DNA of 64,000 nucleotides from Strigamia acuminata (Eukaryota): NCBI GenBank assembly GCA_949358305.1, contig OX442314.1, positions 8,184,001 to 8,248,000 of the forward strand, read 5' to 3'. Shown piece by piece: positions 51,588 to 60,737 of this stretch (position 1 is its first letter; each line of letters starts with the position of its first letter). The notes under the pieces were generated by a model. It saw only the letters and a program-made list of their open reading frames with translations, ran no database searches and was not told where the DNA came from. The position numbers and the translations under genes were made by a program.

Positions 51588-54500
51588 TTAGGAGATGATT
51601 TCTGCCGCTAATTTCGATGTTTTGACGCGTTTATTCCTTTCTTCGAAGTCGACGCAAATACTACGGACTTCAGTTTGGAATTTAACAACGCGTGCAGAAA
51701 TATCATCCAAGTCTTCTTGGGGAATGTCCTCATCAATTTCCAACTCAGAATCCAATTCCTCGTGATCCTCTGCCCCACTAGCCACACTGGAGACATCGGA
51801 AACTTCAATTTCCGGCTCTTCAGCCCGGTACCAATGGCGAAGATCCGACACATGAATAGGTTGGGAAATCTTCCCGTCCTGGTCCATCAAGAGCACGGTA
51901 TTTGGTCCCAGGAGTCGATGAATCATATAAACACCTTCAGTCCGGTGTTGGAAACCCGAACTTATTTGCTTATCAGTTGATGACAAAACACGACTTTTGA
52001 CGGTGACCCAATCCCCGGGTTTAAACGTATGGGGCCGCCGTTTTCGGTCATACCAACGCTTATGGCGTAGATGGGCGGCATCCAAGTTCTTCCTCGCCTC
52101 TTCACGGATGCGTAATAAGTATCGATGAAGAAAACGCGATTCATCTGGCGGTAAGGGTTCTCCGTCGTCAGTGTCAGAGTCGACATCTCCTGGAAAGCGT
52201 GCTTCTTGTCCTGTGACCATCATGTAAGGTGAAAATTTGAGTGAGGTCTGATAAGCAGTATTAATTGCTAAAATGAAAGAACCAATGTGCTTATCCCAAC
52301 GCGTATGTTCGTCTATATACGCGAGGATGCACGTTTTAAGTGATTGGTTGAGTCTTTCCGCCAAGTTCCCCTGCGGATGGTAGGCGGAAATATATTTATT
52401 TACCATTCCCATTTCGGCGCACTGTGCCTGGAACTTGGCAGAGCGAAAGGTTGGGGCGTTATCACTTATTATAGTTTTTGGATAAGCCCATCTATAAGTG
52501 AACTTTTTAAGTTGTTTCACTGTTGTAGAAACGTCCGCCTTTTCGGTGAGTCTAACGTCCACCCAGCGACTGGCTGCATCCACCATTACGAACGCGTAGC
52601 AGTGTCCGCCAGTGGACTTCAACTTTTTCCCGAAGTAGTCGACGTAAATGGTCCGAAACAACCGTCTCGGTTTCGCGGTCTCCATCTCGCCATACGGTAG
52701 CCTCCGCTCGACCTTCGCCCTTTGACAAGGTTCACAAACTTTAATCCAATTTGCTACATCGTTTTTCATCCCCGGCCAAAACACACGGGTTTTTAGACGC
52801 ATTAGTGTTTTCTCGATCCCGAGATGGCCAGAGGTTGGTGGGAAATGTAAGCAATGAAAATACTTGTAACGAAGGGATTGAGGGAGGTAAATACGACGCG
52901 TAGGAGCTCGTTGACCGATCTTAGTTGGTGGAAACTTGCAGAGCAGACCACGGTGTAACGCCATGTCCACTGCTCGTTTCTTAAGTTCTGCAGCTTCCAT
53001 CTCACCTGGCGGCAGAGACCCTGAATTGAGATATAATATAAGTCCCTTAGACCATTCATCGGCTAGTTGGGCTTCTTTAACGGCTTTCTGTGTTGGGAGA
53101 ATCTCAATTGTCGGATGATCCGCCGGAAGTGAGTAGAAACTCTCGTCCGACGAGTGCTCAGAGTGGTCAAGCAACTCCGCATCGATAGAGGGTGTTGGTG
53201 AAACCAAATCTCGCCGTGGTTGGGTCCTCGGTGACAAGTCCCGTGGAATCACAGGAACTTGAAACTCCTCGGAGTCCGTGTCTCCCGGCAGCTCCTCACT
53301 GTCCAACGACATTTCGCTGGCTTCCGAGCCCGTAGAGCGATCGAAGATGATGGGAATCTTTTTCGGCCTTCCGACCGGTCGCTTCTCCACAACCTTTTTT
53401 GGTCGCCCCCGTTTTCTCTTCTCAGGAACGTCAATTGGCAAAGAAACTGCACCTGACTCTTCTTCCGAAGTTGGTGGAATAGGACGCGTTACGGGTAAAG
53501 ATTTAGGCTGCGTCATGTCCCCGCTGGCCGGAGTCTTCCGCGGACGACCTCTTTTCCTTTTTACAGGAACGTCTTCCTTAGGCAAAGACACCGCCACAGA
53601 TTCTTCGTCCGACATTGGCAGAGTAGGCTGTGCTCCCGGCAAGGGTCCCGCCTGAGTCGGCCACTTTGCAATGGGATTTTTCCGTGGACGTCCCCGTCCT
53701 CTTTTTGGAGGGGGCTCGTCCTCCACCGGACATACATCCACCGCCGTAGCCGACAAGGCGTTCAATCTCGCCAGGAACGCACGTTTCTGCTTACGCATTG
53801 TTACCGCTCTAACGATTTTGCAGTTGGATGATTTCCAATGAGTCACCTCATCTAACTCCTCCATTTTGGGTACTGGCCAGTCGTTGAAATCGTCGAAGTA
53901 CGCACAGTAATACGTGTCATCCAACGCTGGACAGTCTTCGTCATCCAGCTCGATCGGCGGGTCAACTGGCGCCCGACTCAACGCATCGGCGACCCGATTC
54001 TTCGTACCACTACAGTGGAGAACTGTGAATCGGTATTCCGACAGCGAAAGAATCCATCGCGCCAACCGGCCCTTCGGCTCGCGCTGGGAAAACAGCCACA
54101 CCAAAGACTTGTGATCACTCTCCAGATAGAAATCCATTAACTCGAGGTATGCTCTGAAGCGTTTAACGGCCCAGACGGCGGCCAGGCACTCAATCTCCGT
54201 CGTATGATAATTCTTCTCTGCACTGTTTAAGGCGCGTGATGCAAAGGCAATTGGGACGCGTACGCCGTCATTGTTGATCTGCATCAACGCAGCCCCTAGA
54301 CCAGAATAACTCGCATCGGTTTGTAAGATGTAAGGTTTACTCCAGTCCGGGAAGTTCCTGTGCAAAGTAGATAGCGACACTTGATTTTTGAGATACTCGA
54401 AAGCTGCCTGGTGCGCCGCCGTCCAGTTCCATGGCGCATTCTTACGCATAAGAACTCGAAAGACTTCACAGGTCTTGGAATATCCGGGAAAGAACGACGA

Positions 54501-56696
54501 GTAGTACCCGATCATACCCTTGAAGCGTTGTAATTCCTTCAAGTTAGTGGGGGCCGGGTACTTGCTAATCGCGTCGGTCTTCTTTGGGTTAGGACGAATA
54601 AGTCCCTCCTCGACAATATGTCCGAGCACCTCAAGACTTGTCTTGCACAACTCCGTTTTTCCCGCGTTCATTGTGAACCCCGCTTGGTCGAGCAAAGTGA
54701 GCACTTTTTGCAAGTGGGTCACATGCTCTTCGAAGGTCTTACTAAACACGATTATGTCGTCGATGTACACAAAGACAAACTTGTAGAGATGCTCAGCTAA
54801 AGTCAAATTCATGGCCCTTTGTAAGGTGGCAGGGCCATTGATCGGACCGAAGGGCATACGCGTATACTCAAAGAGTCCCCTGTGGGTGATAAATGCGAGA
54901 TATCGTTCATCTCCAGGTCGGACCCCTATTTGGTGGAACGCTTCCCTTCCGTCGATGATGGAAAACCATTTTGCCCCACCCAGATATGCAAAGATGTTGT
55001 CGATATCTGGGAGGGGGTAAACATCAGGCAAAGTTTGGGAGTTGATCGGCCTAAAATCCATTGCGCAGCGCCAGCGTCCGTCCTTTTTGGGGACAACTAC
55101 GGGCGCCACGGCGCAGTCGCTTTTGGAGCGCTTGATTACTCCTTGCGCCAACTTTTGGTCGATATAGGCATCGATTATTTCCCTCTTTGCCGGATTCACC
55201 GGACGTACCGGGACATGAATAGGTCGGAAATCCGGCTTCAGATTCACTTCAAACTGTGTGTTATTACAGAGCCCCAGTTCCTCACGAAAGATATGAGCAA
55301 CTGGTTTCAACGCATCCATTAAGTAATTAATGCGTTTCGGCTCCAACTGATTACACAGCTGATCATACACCCAAGCGAGGTTGGTAGGATCTCTGTTTGG
55401 GATGTATTGGACGAAGTTAACATCATGCTGTCTTGGAGTACCTTCCGCCTTTTGACAAGCAGAAGAGGGCTCCACGTTGTCGACGACATTTCTCTCTCCA
55501 CTCGGAGAATCTGCAGTCTCAACCAACGTTCGTTTAGCCACCGCTTTAACTCTTGCTTTACGCAACTTAATGGCTCGACGCATCTGACTCAAACACATGG
55601 CCTTTTTCCCAGGTTTACGCGTAACTCGCACGATGCGCTTTCGTGCGGTTTTTTCACGTCTCTTAGGTGACCATATGAAGGTCCATTTTTGAGCGTCTTG
55701 CCCTCTTCGAGCGACAACCACTTTGACAATACAAGGATTGTTTTCGTGTGGAGGCTCAAATAACTCCACTTCAAAATCACGTTTGCTTAGCAAGACGCAG
55801 TTAGCTTCACTAATTGGTGGTTTTGTGATGACCACAGGCTTCTCCTCTGCCTCCTCCTCCTTTGCAGGAATCTCGGGGGTCAGTTCCCGCTCCTTTTGGC
55901 CGACAAGCTTGACGGGCACCGCCGTTTCCTCTGGCTTGGGGACCGGCGGATTTCGCAAAGCCGGAAGGTTGTAAAGAGGGGGCCCCTTAACCGCAATTTC
56001 CTCCGGAAGGGAAGGTTGTTCCTTTGTTAAAGGGAATAAGATCACTGGATCAGATGCCCTAGCTTGCTCTTCCGTGAGGAAGGGGTGCCTCGTGCCATCC
56101 CCTAAGAGGAACCAGTATTCGTTGGCGTGGTCTGTACAAAGACCAACTGCCTTGCAGAAATCCAGCCCCAAGAGGAGCTCTTGAGACCCCTCCTCTATGA
56201 TGAGGCAAGTAAAGCAAACTACCGCCGTAGGAGCACGGACGGCTAGTTGTGCACAGCCAACCACTTTGGTAATATGATTGTCGGCTGTCCGGATGGTTTC
56301 GTCCAGTTTCACCATTTCTATGCCTATCTCTTTTGCGAGCTTTTCATACAATGCCATGGTCATTATGCACGTCTGTGCACCGCTGTCCATCATTGCAATG
56401 AACTCGATATTGATCCAGGCGATTTTAACAAAGGCCGCGTCTCGCCGACAACGGTCCTTCAACCCGATTATCAATTTCGGCTCTTTGGAAGCCAAAAATT
56501 CGGGTGGTGACAACATAATGAAATTTGTCATTTTCGGCTTAGAAGCCGCTAACGCGGTGGTACTGGTCTTCTGCAACGCAGGGGGTACCATCCAACCGCT
56601 TGTGCTATCTAAAGCTTCCAACGTCCGACTTATCTGGGTTTCGGGTCCGCTGCCTTTCCGTTGGATGGTTTGGACAGTGGACCCTGGTCGTTTCCC
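51588..56696 (-). CDS. pol: Gypsy Pol (protease, RT, RNase H, AT-hook insert, integrase), entered by -1 frameshift
   Basis: AMMDSGA protease; YIDDII RT; LQTDAS/EIECLA/SDHKSL/ADALSR RNase H; H..H..CEPC zinc finger and YVDYFG/SDNA/AERLN DDE integrase; frame open from the slippery site. Confidence 0.97.
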   Translation of the reverse strand, partial: GKRPGSTVQTIQRKGSGPETQISRTLEALDSTSGWMVPPALQKTSTTALAASKPKMTNFIMLSPPEFLASKEPKLIIGLKDRCRRDAAFVKIAWINIEFIAMMDSGAQTCIMTMALYEKLAKEIGIEMVKLDETIRTADNHITKVVGCAQLAVRAPTAVVCFTCLIIEEGSQELLLGLDFCKAVGLCTDHANEYWFLLGDGTRHPFLTEEQARASDPVILFPLTKEQPSLPEEIAVKGPPLYNLPALRNPPVPKPEETAVPVKLVGQKERELTPEIPAKEEEAEEKPVVITKPPISEANCVLLSKRDFEVELFEPPHENNPCIVKVVVARRGQDAQKWTFIWSPKRREKTARKRIVRVTRKPGKKAMCLSQMRRAIKLRKARVKAVAKRTLVETADSPSGERNVVDNVEPSSACQKAEGTPRQHDVNFVQYIPNRDPTNLAWVYDQLCNQLEPKRINYLMDALKPVAHIFREELGLCNNTQFEVNLKPDFRPIHVPVRPVNPAKREIIDAYIDQKLAQGVIKRSKSDCAVAPVVVPKKDGRWRCAMDFRPINSQTLPDVYPLPDIDNIFAYLGGAKWFSIIDGREAFHQIGVRPGDERYLAFITHRGLFEYTRMPFGPINGPATLQRAMNLTLAEHLYKFVFVYIDDIIVFSKTFEEHVTHLQKVLTLLDQAGFTMNAGKTELCKTSLEVLGHIVEEGLIRPNPKKTDAISKYPAPTNLKELQRFKGMIGYYSSFFPGYSKTCEVFRVLMRKNAPWNWTAAHQAAFEYLKNQVSLSTLHRNFPDWSKPYILQTDASYSGLGAALMQINNDGVRVPIAFASRALNSAEKNYHTTEIECLAAVWAVKRFRAYLELMDFYLESDHKSLVWLFSQREPKGRLARWILSLSEYRFTVLHCSGTKNRVADALSRAPVDPPIELDDEDCPALDDTYYCAYFDDFNDWPVPKMEELDEVTHWKSSNCKIVRAVTMRKQKRAFLARLNALSATAVDVCPVEDEPPPKRGRGRPRKNPIAKWPTQAGPLPGAQPTLPMSDEESVAVSLPKEDVPVKRKRGRPRKTPASGDMTQPKSLPVTRPIPPTSEEESGAVSLPIDVPEKRKRGRPKKVVEKRPVGRPKKIPIIFDRSTGSEASEMSLDSEELPGDTDSEEFQVPVIPRDLSPRTQPRRDLVSPTPSIDAELLDHSEHSSDESFYSLPADHPTIEILPTQKAVKEAQLADEWSKGLILYLNSGSLPPGEMEAAELKKRAVDMALHRGLLCKFPPTKIGQRAPTRRIYLPQSLRYKYFHCLHFPPTSGHLGIEKTLMRLKTRVFWPGMKNDVANWIKVCEPCQRAKVERRLPYGEMETAKPRRLFRTIYVDYFGKKLKSTGGHCYAFVMVDAASRWVDVRLTEKADVSTTVKQLKKFTYRWAYPKTIISDNAPTFRSAKFQAQCAEMGMVNKYISAYHPQGNLAERLNQSLKTCILAYIDEHTRWDKHIGSFILAINTAYQTSLKFSPYMMVTGQEARFPGDVDSDTDDGEPLPPDESRFLHRYLLRIREEARKNLDAAHLRHKRWYDRKRRPHTFKPGDWVTVKSRVLSSTDKQISSGFQHRTEGVYMIHRLLGPNTVLLMDQDGKISQPIHVSDLRHWYRAEEPEIEVSDVSSVASGAEDHEELDSELEIDEDIPQEDLDDISARVVKFQTEVRSICVDFEERNKRVKTSKLAAEIIS

Positions 56697-58741
56697 GGAA
56701 ACTGCCAGGGCTTAAAGCAGTGGGGACATAATGCGATGCGTTTTTCAATATCACGCATGTACCATCTGTCCTTCCGATTGCGCACCCACTCAGCTCCGGG
56801 TGGCAACGGTGTTGTCGGAGGATTAGCCGTATTGGCGAAGGTATGGGCAGAATGTCCACATTGTGCCGCCCCCACAGCCGGAGTAGGTTTATTCTCCGAG
56901 ACCTTCACAGACGCGTTTATTTGCGGCTCTGGCACTCTCGAAGGTACAACACTAACAACGGACTGCCCAGCAACACTCTGCAGGTCCTCACTCGTAGCCC
57001 CAAACACTTCTGCCAACGCAACCAATTTCCGTTTATCAAACTGGAAGCGATCAGGCGGAGGCTTTTCTGCCGCCTTTGTTTTGGCAGGCTCTACCACCTT
57101 TTTGGTTGCCTTAACAGCTTGCTTATCCTTGCCCTTGGATTGAGGTCGAGGCACCGGACCTCTTCTCACTCCGCGCTCATCGAACTTATACTGCTGAAGA
57201 GAACGCAACGCCAATTCGCTGTCAGCCTCCTGCCCCATCTCTATGGCCTGCGACATGAAGCGGACTCCGTACCGAGTCATTGCATCCGTTATCTGCGGTT
57301 GAAGGCGATGTTTCGCCATATTCCATTGTTGCCTATCCCCCCGAATACCTATCATTTCGAGGTAACGACTGATCTCGCACAGAAATTCGGCCGTATCATC
57401 CCCTACTTCCTGCCAGGCATCCGTCAGGAGGACCGTTGCTTCGGCCTCCTTGAGGGAATAACGTTTCCGGAAACGCATAACAAATTCATCCCATGTTTTT
57501 GGTTTATGGCGTAAGTGCAAGTACCAATTTAAGGGCTTCCCACACAGCGCCAACGGAATGAACAAGTCAATATACGCTTCATCCGGAATGCGCGTCATGA
57601 TATAATGGGCGCGCAATTTTGCTCGGAATCTTTCGACCGCATTATAGGATTGGTCATCCTCATCAAATATCGGCACATGTTCCGACCTCACATGCGACAA
57701 GTCATACTGATCATATCGCGTCTGCGGCTGCTGCCGGGGCGTCGGCGTTACCGCTGCTGCTTGGGCGTCCCGCGCCCGTTGCAAACGCGTATTTACCGAC
57801 TCCCCTCGCGCAGCCGCCGCGCGATCAACACTTGCTGTATCCGGCAAGCTAACAGCTGTCGACTTCGAGCGTATAATACTCCTCATCACCTCACTGTTAC
57901 ACTGTGAGGGCGTACCCATTCGAGACCCCGCGCGAGCTGTCACGTCCGATGGTCTCTCATTTGAAGGTAAGCGAGGGTTTACATCCCCTTGCATCCTTCC
58001 TACTACTGCCATTCCTTGCCTGTTCAACTCGCTAGGCGTCAGAATGCGTGAAGACTGAACACTTCCCCCAGGTTCCCTCTGACCGTCAGAACGAGGTCCA
58101 TCACCAGGCAAAGGGTTATGAGGTCTTTGCTGAGCTGGTGGAATTACCTCCTCCTCGGGCTGTACAGCTAATGCCACGATTTCGGCCCTAACCACTTGTC
58201 TCACCCCCACCAGAGTCTCATCTCTATAATTTTCCAGTCGGTAGTCAACATGCTGACCAAACTGGTTTAAAGCTCGGACCATACGCTCCTTCATGGCCAA
58301 TTCCGCATTTTGCAAATACGGCAGCCATTCTGGAGGCTGTTGACCAGCCTCTTCTTCCTCCTCCTCGACGTTATCCTCAGGACTACTCCTTTGTTGAGGT
58401 GGCGCCGAAGGATTTGGTTGCACGGGCGTTAAAAGATCCGAAGCAGACACGTCGACATGGGACTCACGCGTAGAAGGAGTAGTGTCCGGGCAGTAGGTAC
58501 TATCCGTTGAAGTGGATTTATCTTCTACCTTTACTCGTGTGACATTCCCGTGTGGTTGCAAAAGGTACGGCGGCCCACCGCCTCTTGCCACGGGCAAGCC
58601 ATACTCTGAGCGGGTTCTCGGAGGACGCGCATCAAGGGGACGCCGTGGAGTTTCATCACACAAGCGCTCCCCAACTCTACGCATCCAGCTAGGCCACACA
58701 CTCTTGGAGTTATCCTCTTTAGGATACCCTCCTTCTGCCAT
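56630..58741 (-). CDS. gag: Gypsy Gag, 703 aa
   Basis: Follows the PBS; capsid-like LCGKPLNWY...TWDEFVMRFRKRY...WQEVGDDTAEF; degenerate CPHC knuckle near the C-terminus. Confidence 0.9.
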   Translation of the reverse strand: MAEGGYPKEDNSKSVWPSWMRRVGERLCDETPRRPLDARPPRTRSEYGLPVARGGGPPYLLQPHGNVTRVKVEDKSTSTDSTYCPDTTPSTRESHVDVSASDLLTPVQPNPSAPPQQRSSPEDNVEEEEEEAGQQPPEWLPYLQNAELAMKERMVRALNQFGQHVDYRLENYRDETLVGVRQVVRAEIVALAVQPEEEVIPPAQQRPHNPLPGDGPRSDGQREPGGSVQSSRILTPSELNRQGMAVVGRMQGDVNPRLPSNERPSDVTARAGSRMGTPSQCNSEVMRSIIRSKSTAVSLPDTASVDRAAAARGESVNTRLQRARDAQAAAVTPTPRQQPQTRYDQYDLSHVRSEHVPIFDEDDQSYNAVERFRAKLRAHYIMTRIPDEAYIDLFIPLALCGKPLNWYLHLRHKPKTWDEFVMRFRKRYSLKEAEATVLLTDAWQEVGDDTAEFLCEISRYLEMIGIRGDRQQWNMAKHRLQPQITDAMTRYGVRFMSQAIEMGQEADSELALRSLQQYKFDERGVRRGPVPRPQSKGKDKQAVKATKKVVEPAKTKAAEKPPPDRFQFDKRKLVALAEVFGATSEDLQSVAGQSVVSVVPSRVPEPQINASVKVSENKPTPAVGAAQCGHSAHTFANTANPPTTPLPPGAEWVRNRKDRWYMRDIEKRIALCPHCFKPWQFPGNDQGPLSKPSNGKAADPKPR
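56643..56696 (-). promoter_or_regulatory. -1 programmed ribosomal frameshift signal (G GGA AAC plus downstream stem-loop)
   Basis: Heptamer at 56696-56690 in gag phase; GGGTCC(A)CTG ... CAG(C)GGACCC stem starts 5 nt downstream; pol is in the -1 frame. Confidence 0.85.
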
Positions 58742-58897
58742 TGCGTCAACTCAAGCAATTTAGCAGCAAAACTCAAATGGATGATCCACTCTAAAAAAGG
58801 CGAGTAACGATACCACTCGACCTTTGTTTTCCGAATAATGATTACTAGCCCACTGGAAACAGTTTATACGGCTAGCAATCGAAAAGCTACGGGATAG

Positions 58898-58915
58898 TCC
58901 CGGGTTTCGGCACCA
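58898..58915 (-). promoter_or_regulatory. Primer-binding site complementary to the tRNA-Phe 3' end
   Basis: TGGTGCCGAAACCCGGGA 2 nt after the 5' LTR; eukaryotic tRNA-Phe ends ...TCCCGGGTTTCGGCACCA. Confidence 0.88.
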
Positions 58916-58917
58916 AG

Positions 58918-60046
58918 TGTGATGGATCGCGAGTCTAGGTGGTTTAGAAGCGTTTGAAAGACGCCGCGGAACAGTAAATTCACACACCCTGGTAGTTTCG
59001 TACCTGCCGTAAATCGAATGTGCGCAGGAAGTGGCAGCTAACACACTCTCAGATACTGTGCACCACACTAATATTTATTTGTGGCCGGGTATCCCGAGCT
59101 GTAAAACTCGGGGACAGAATGTCCGGTAGTCGCGTCTGAACCAAAACCCAACGCGTGACCCGCCAACAATCGTGTTTTCACACGAAGGCAAACGAATGCA
59201 CGTCTCGTAGTGGCTCATAAGCAACCCCAAACTGTCGAGTTTGAACGAGGATGGGCAATTTACTCGTGCTTATACAACGCACGGGCCCTAAACCTAACTC
59301 TAAACCTGACTTAATGCTTAATTAAAGCTAAAGCCCGAATGGCAGGCGGCTAAACTAAGCTAATGCACGCGCACGCGAAATAAACGACACAAACTTCGAA
59401 CTTATGGCCAACAAATCCTGTTTGGCCTTGGATAACGCGTCACGGCGATAAAACATGAACAAAAAGGAGCAGGAAAACAAATGGTGAACGAGTGGTGTAA
59501 AACCGTGAGTTAACACGCGAAATGAAATGAAAGCCTGAAACCGTGTTGCAGAATTCCAGGGCGAAAGCAAAGCCACGAGTGAGCTTCGGAGTCAAACCTC
59601 AGCCATGAGCACCGGCTCCAAAGGAGCACCTACGCGTTCGGGATACTGAGATCAACTGAAGAAAAAGAGGAAAAATAGGGTGAGAGGTAAACTTGGACTC
59701 AATCAAGCTTGACCAATCACGGAAGAGTCAAGAGCCAATCACCACTGTCGGTGCATACTGATGAGTATGACTGATGACGACGCGTGATGACCAGAATAGA
59801 TATGCAAAGAAGTTTGCATCCAAATCATAAACGAAAGAGAAAAAACTAGGAGTAGATAAGAGAAAAGTGAGAGAATGAAGAGAAAGTTAGGAGTGAGTAA
59901 GGGATAAGATAGATAGAAAATGAGGAAAACTCACGAATGAACATAAACAATACAACAACACAAGGTAAAGACAAATTAGGTTTAATGGGAACAAACACGG
60001 GTTGACAATGCGTAAACTGTACGCGTAGGAAACACGGGCCGTGACA
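58918..60046 (-). repeat. 5' LTR
   Basis: Direct repeat of 47498-48626, adjacent to the PBS. Confidence 0.97.
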
Positions 60047-60496
60047 ATTCATTTCATGAGAAAATGGATGAAATTTCCTGAGAAATAGCGAAAAATTGAA
60101 GAAACATTCGAAAATTTTAAAGAAATTTTAAAATTTTTGAAACAATTTTGAGAAATCTTGAAAAACTTGAAATTATAAAAAACTTATAATAAAAATTATA
60201 AAATTTTTGCCTCGTGTCAAATATAGTTTTAATGTATTTTTCTTATTGCTATTTCATATTTACTCTGATAATCAACAGTCAATAAATTCTAATTAATAAA
60301 AATATTAAAATTTAAAGTCAATTGAATAGAATTAATCAAACTCCATTCATATTCCATCACTTGCCCATTAAATATTAATTACCTCTCTCTCCATATAAAC
60401 AGTATCGCAACTACGGCAGTCACTTCACAATCCAGCACAGCAGATCTTCCACAAGCCACCAGTCAACTTTTTTCCCCCTAAGAGCATCCGTCGAAA

Positions 60497-60737
60497 ATGA
60501 AACTAAAATTCATCTTATTCTGTGTTTTTGTTATTCTGTTCTGCGTGGGTAAGTTATATTTCGTAAAAAAATAATTCATTCATTATTAAGCGTTGCTGAT
60601 ATGTTACAACCTGATTAGCAGATATGGCTATTGCGAAATGTGACCCCGAAAAGTGCCACACCGATTGTGACGAGAAGGACGCTAATGTTCTAACTTGTAG
60701 CGAAGATGAGATATGTTCGTGCCGAGCGAGAGATTGA
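60497..60737 (+). CDS. Secreted anionic CSalpha-beta peptide D (exons 60497-60548, 60619-60737): MKLKFILFCVFVILFCVADMAIAKCDPEKCHTDCDEKDANVLTCSEDEICSCRARD
   Basis: G|GTAAG donor, TTAG| acceptor, phase-1 intron as in A and B; C-x4-C-x3-C-x9-C-x5-C-x-C; TATAAA ~60394 followed by CGGCAGTCAC as in paralogue B; AATAAA ~60798. Confidence 0.85.

Larger units (their letters stand above)
47498..60046 (-). mobile_element. Full-length Ty3/Gypsy LTR retrotransposon (12,549 bp), TSD ATTC
   Basis: Paired 1129-bp LTRs with TG...CA ends; ATTC at 47494-47497 and 60047-60050; PBS, G-rich PPT (~48627-48639); gag, pol (PR-RT-RH-IN) and ORF3. Confidence 0.98.

Noticed and set aside
51588..51850. Chromodomain at the integrase C-terminus
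   Set aside because: The tail after the GPY/F-like motif is acidic and low-complexity, without the chromodomain aromatic pattern.
56843..57514. Antisense ORFs within gag and pol (for example 223 aa, + strand)
   Set aside because: Shadow ORFs expected opposite GC-rich coding sequence; no recognisable motifs.
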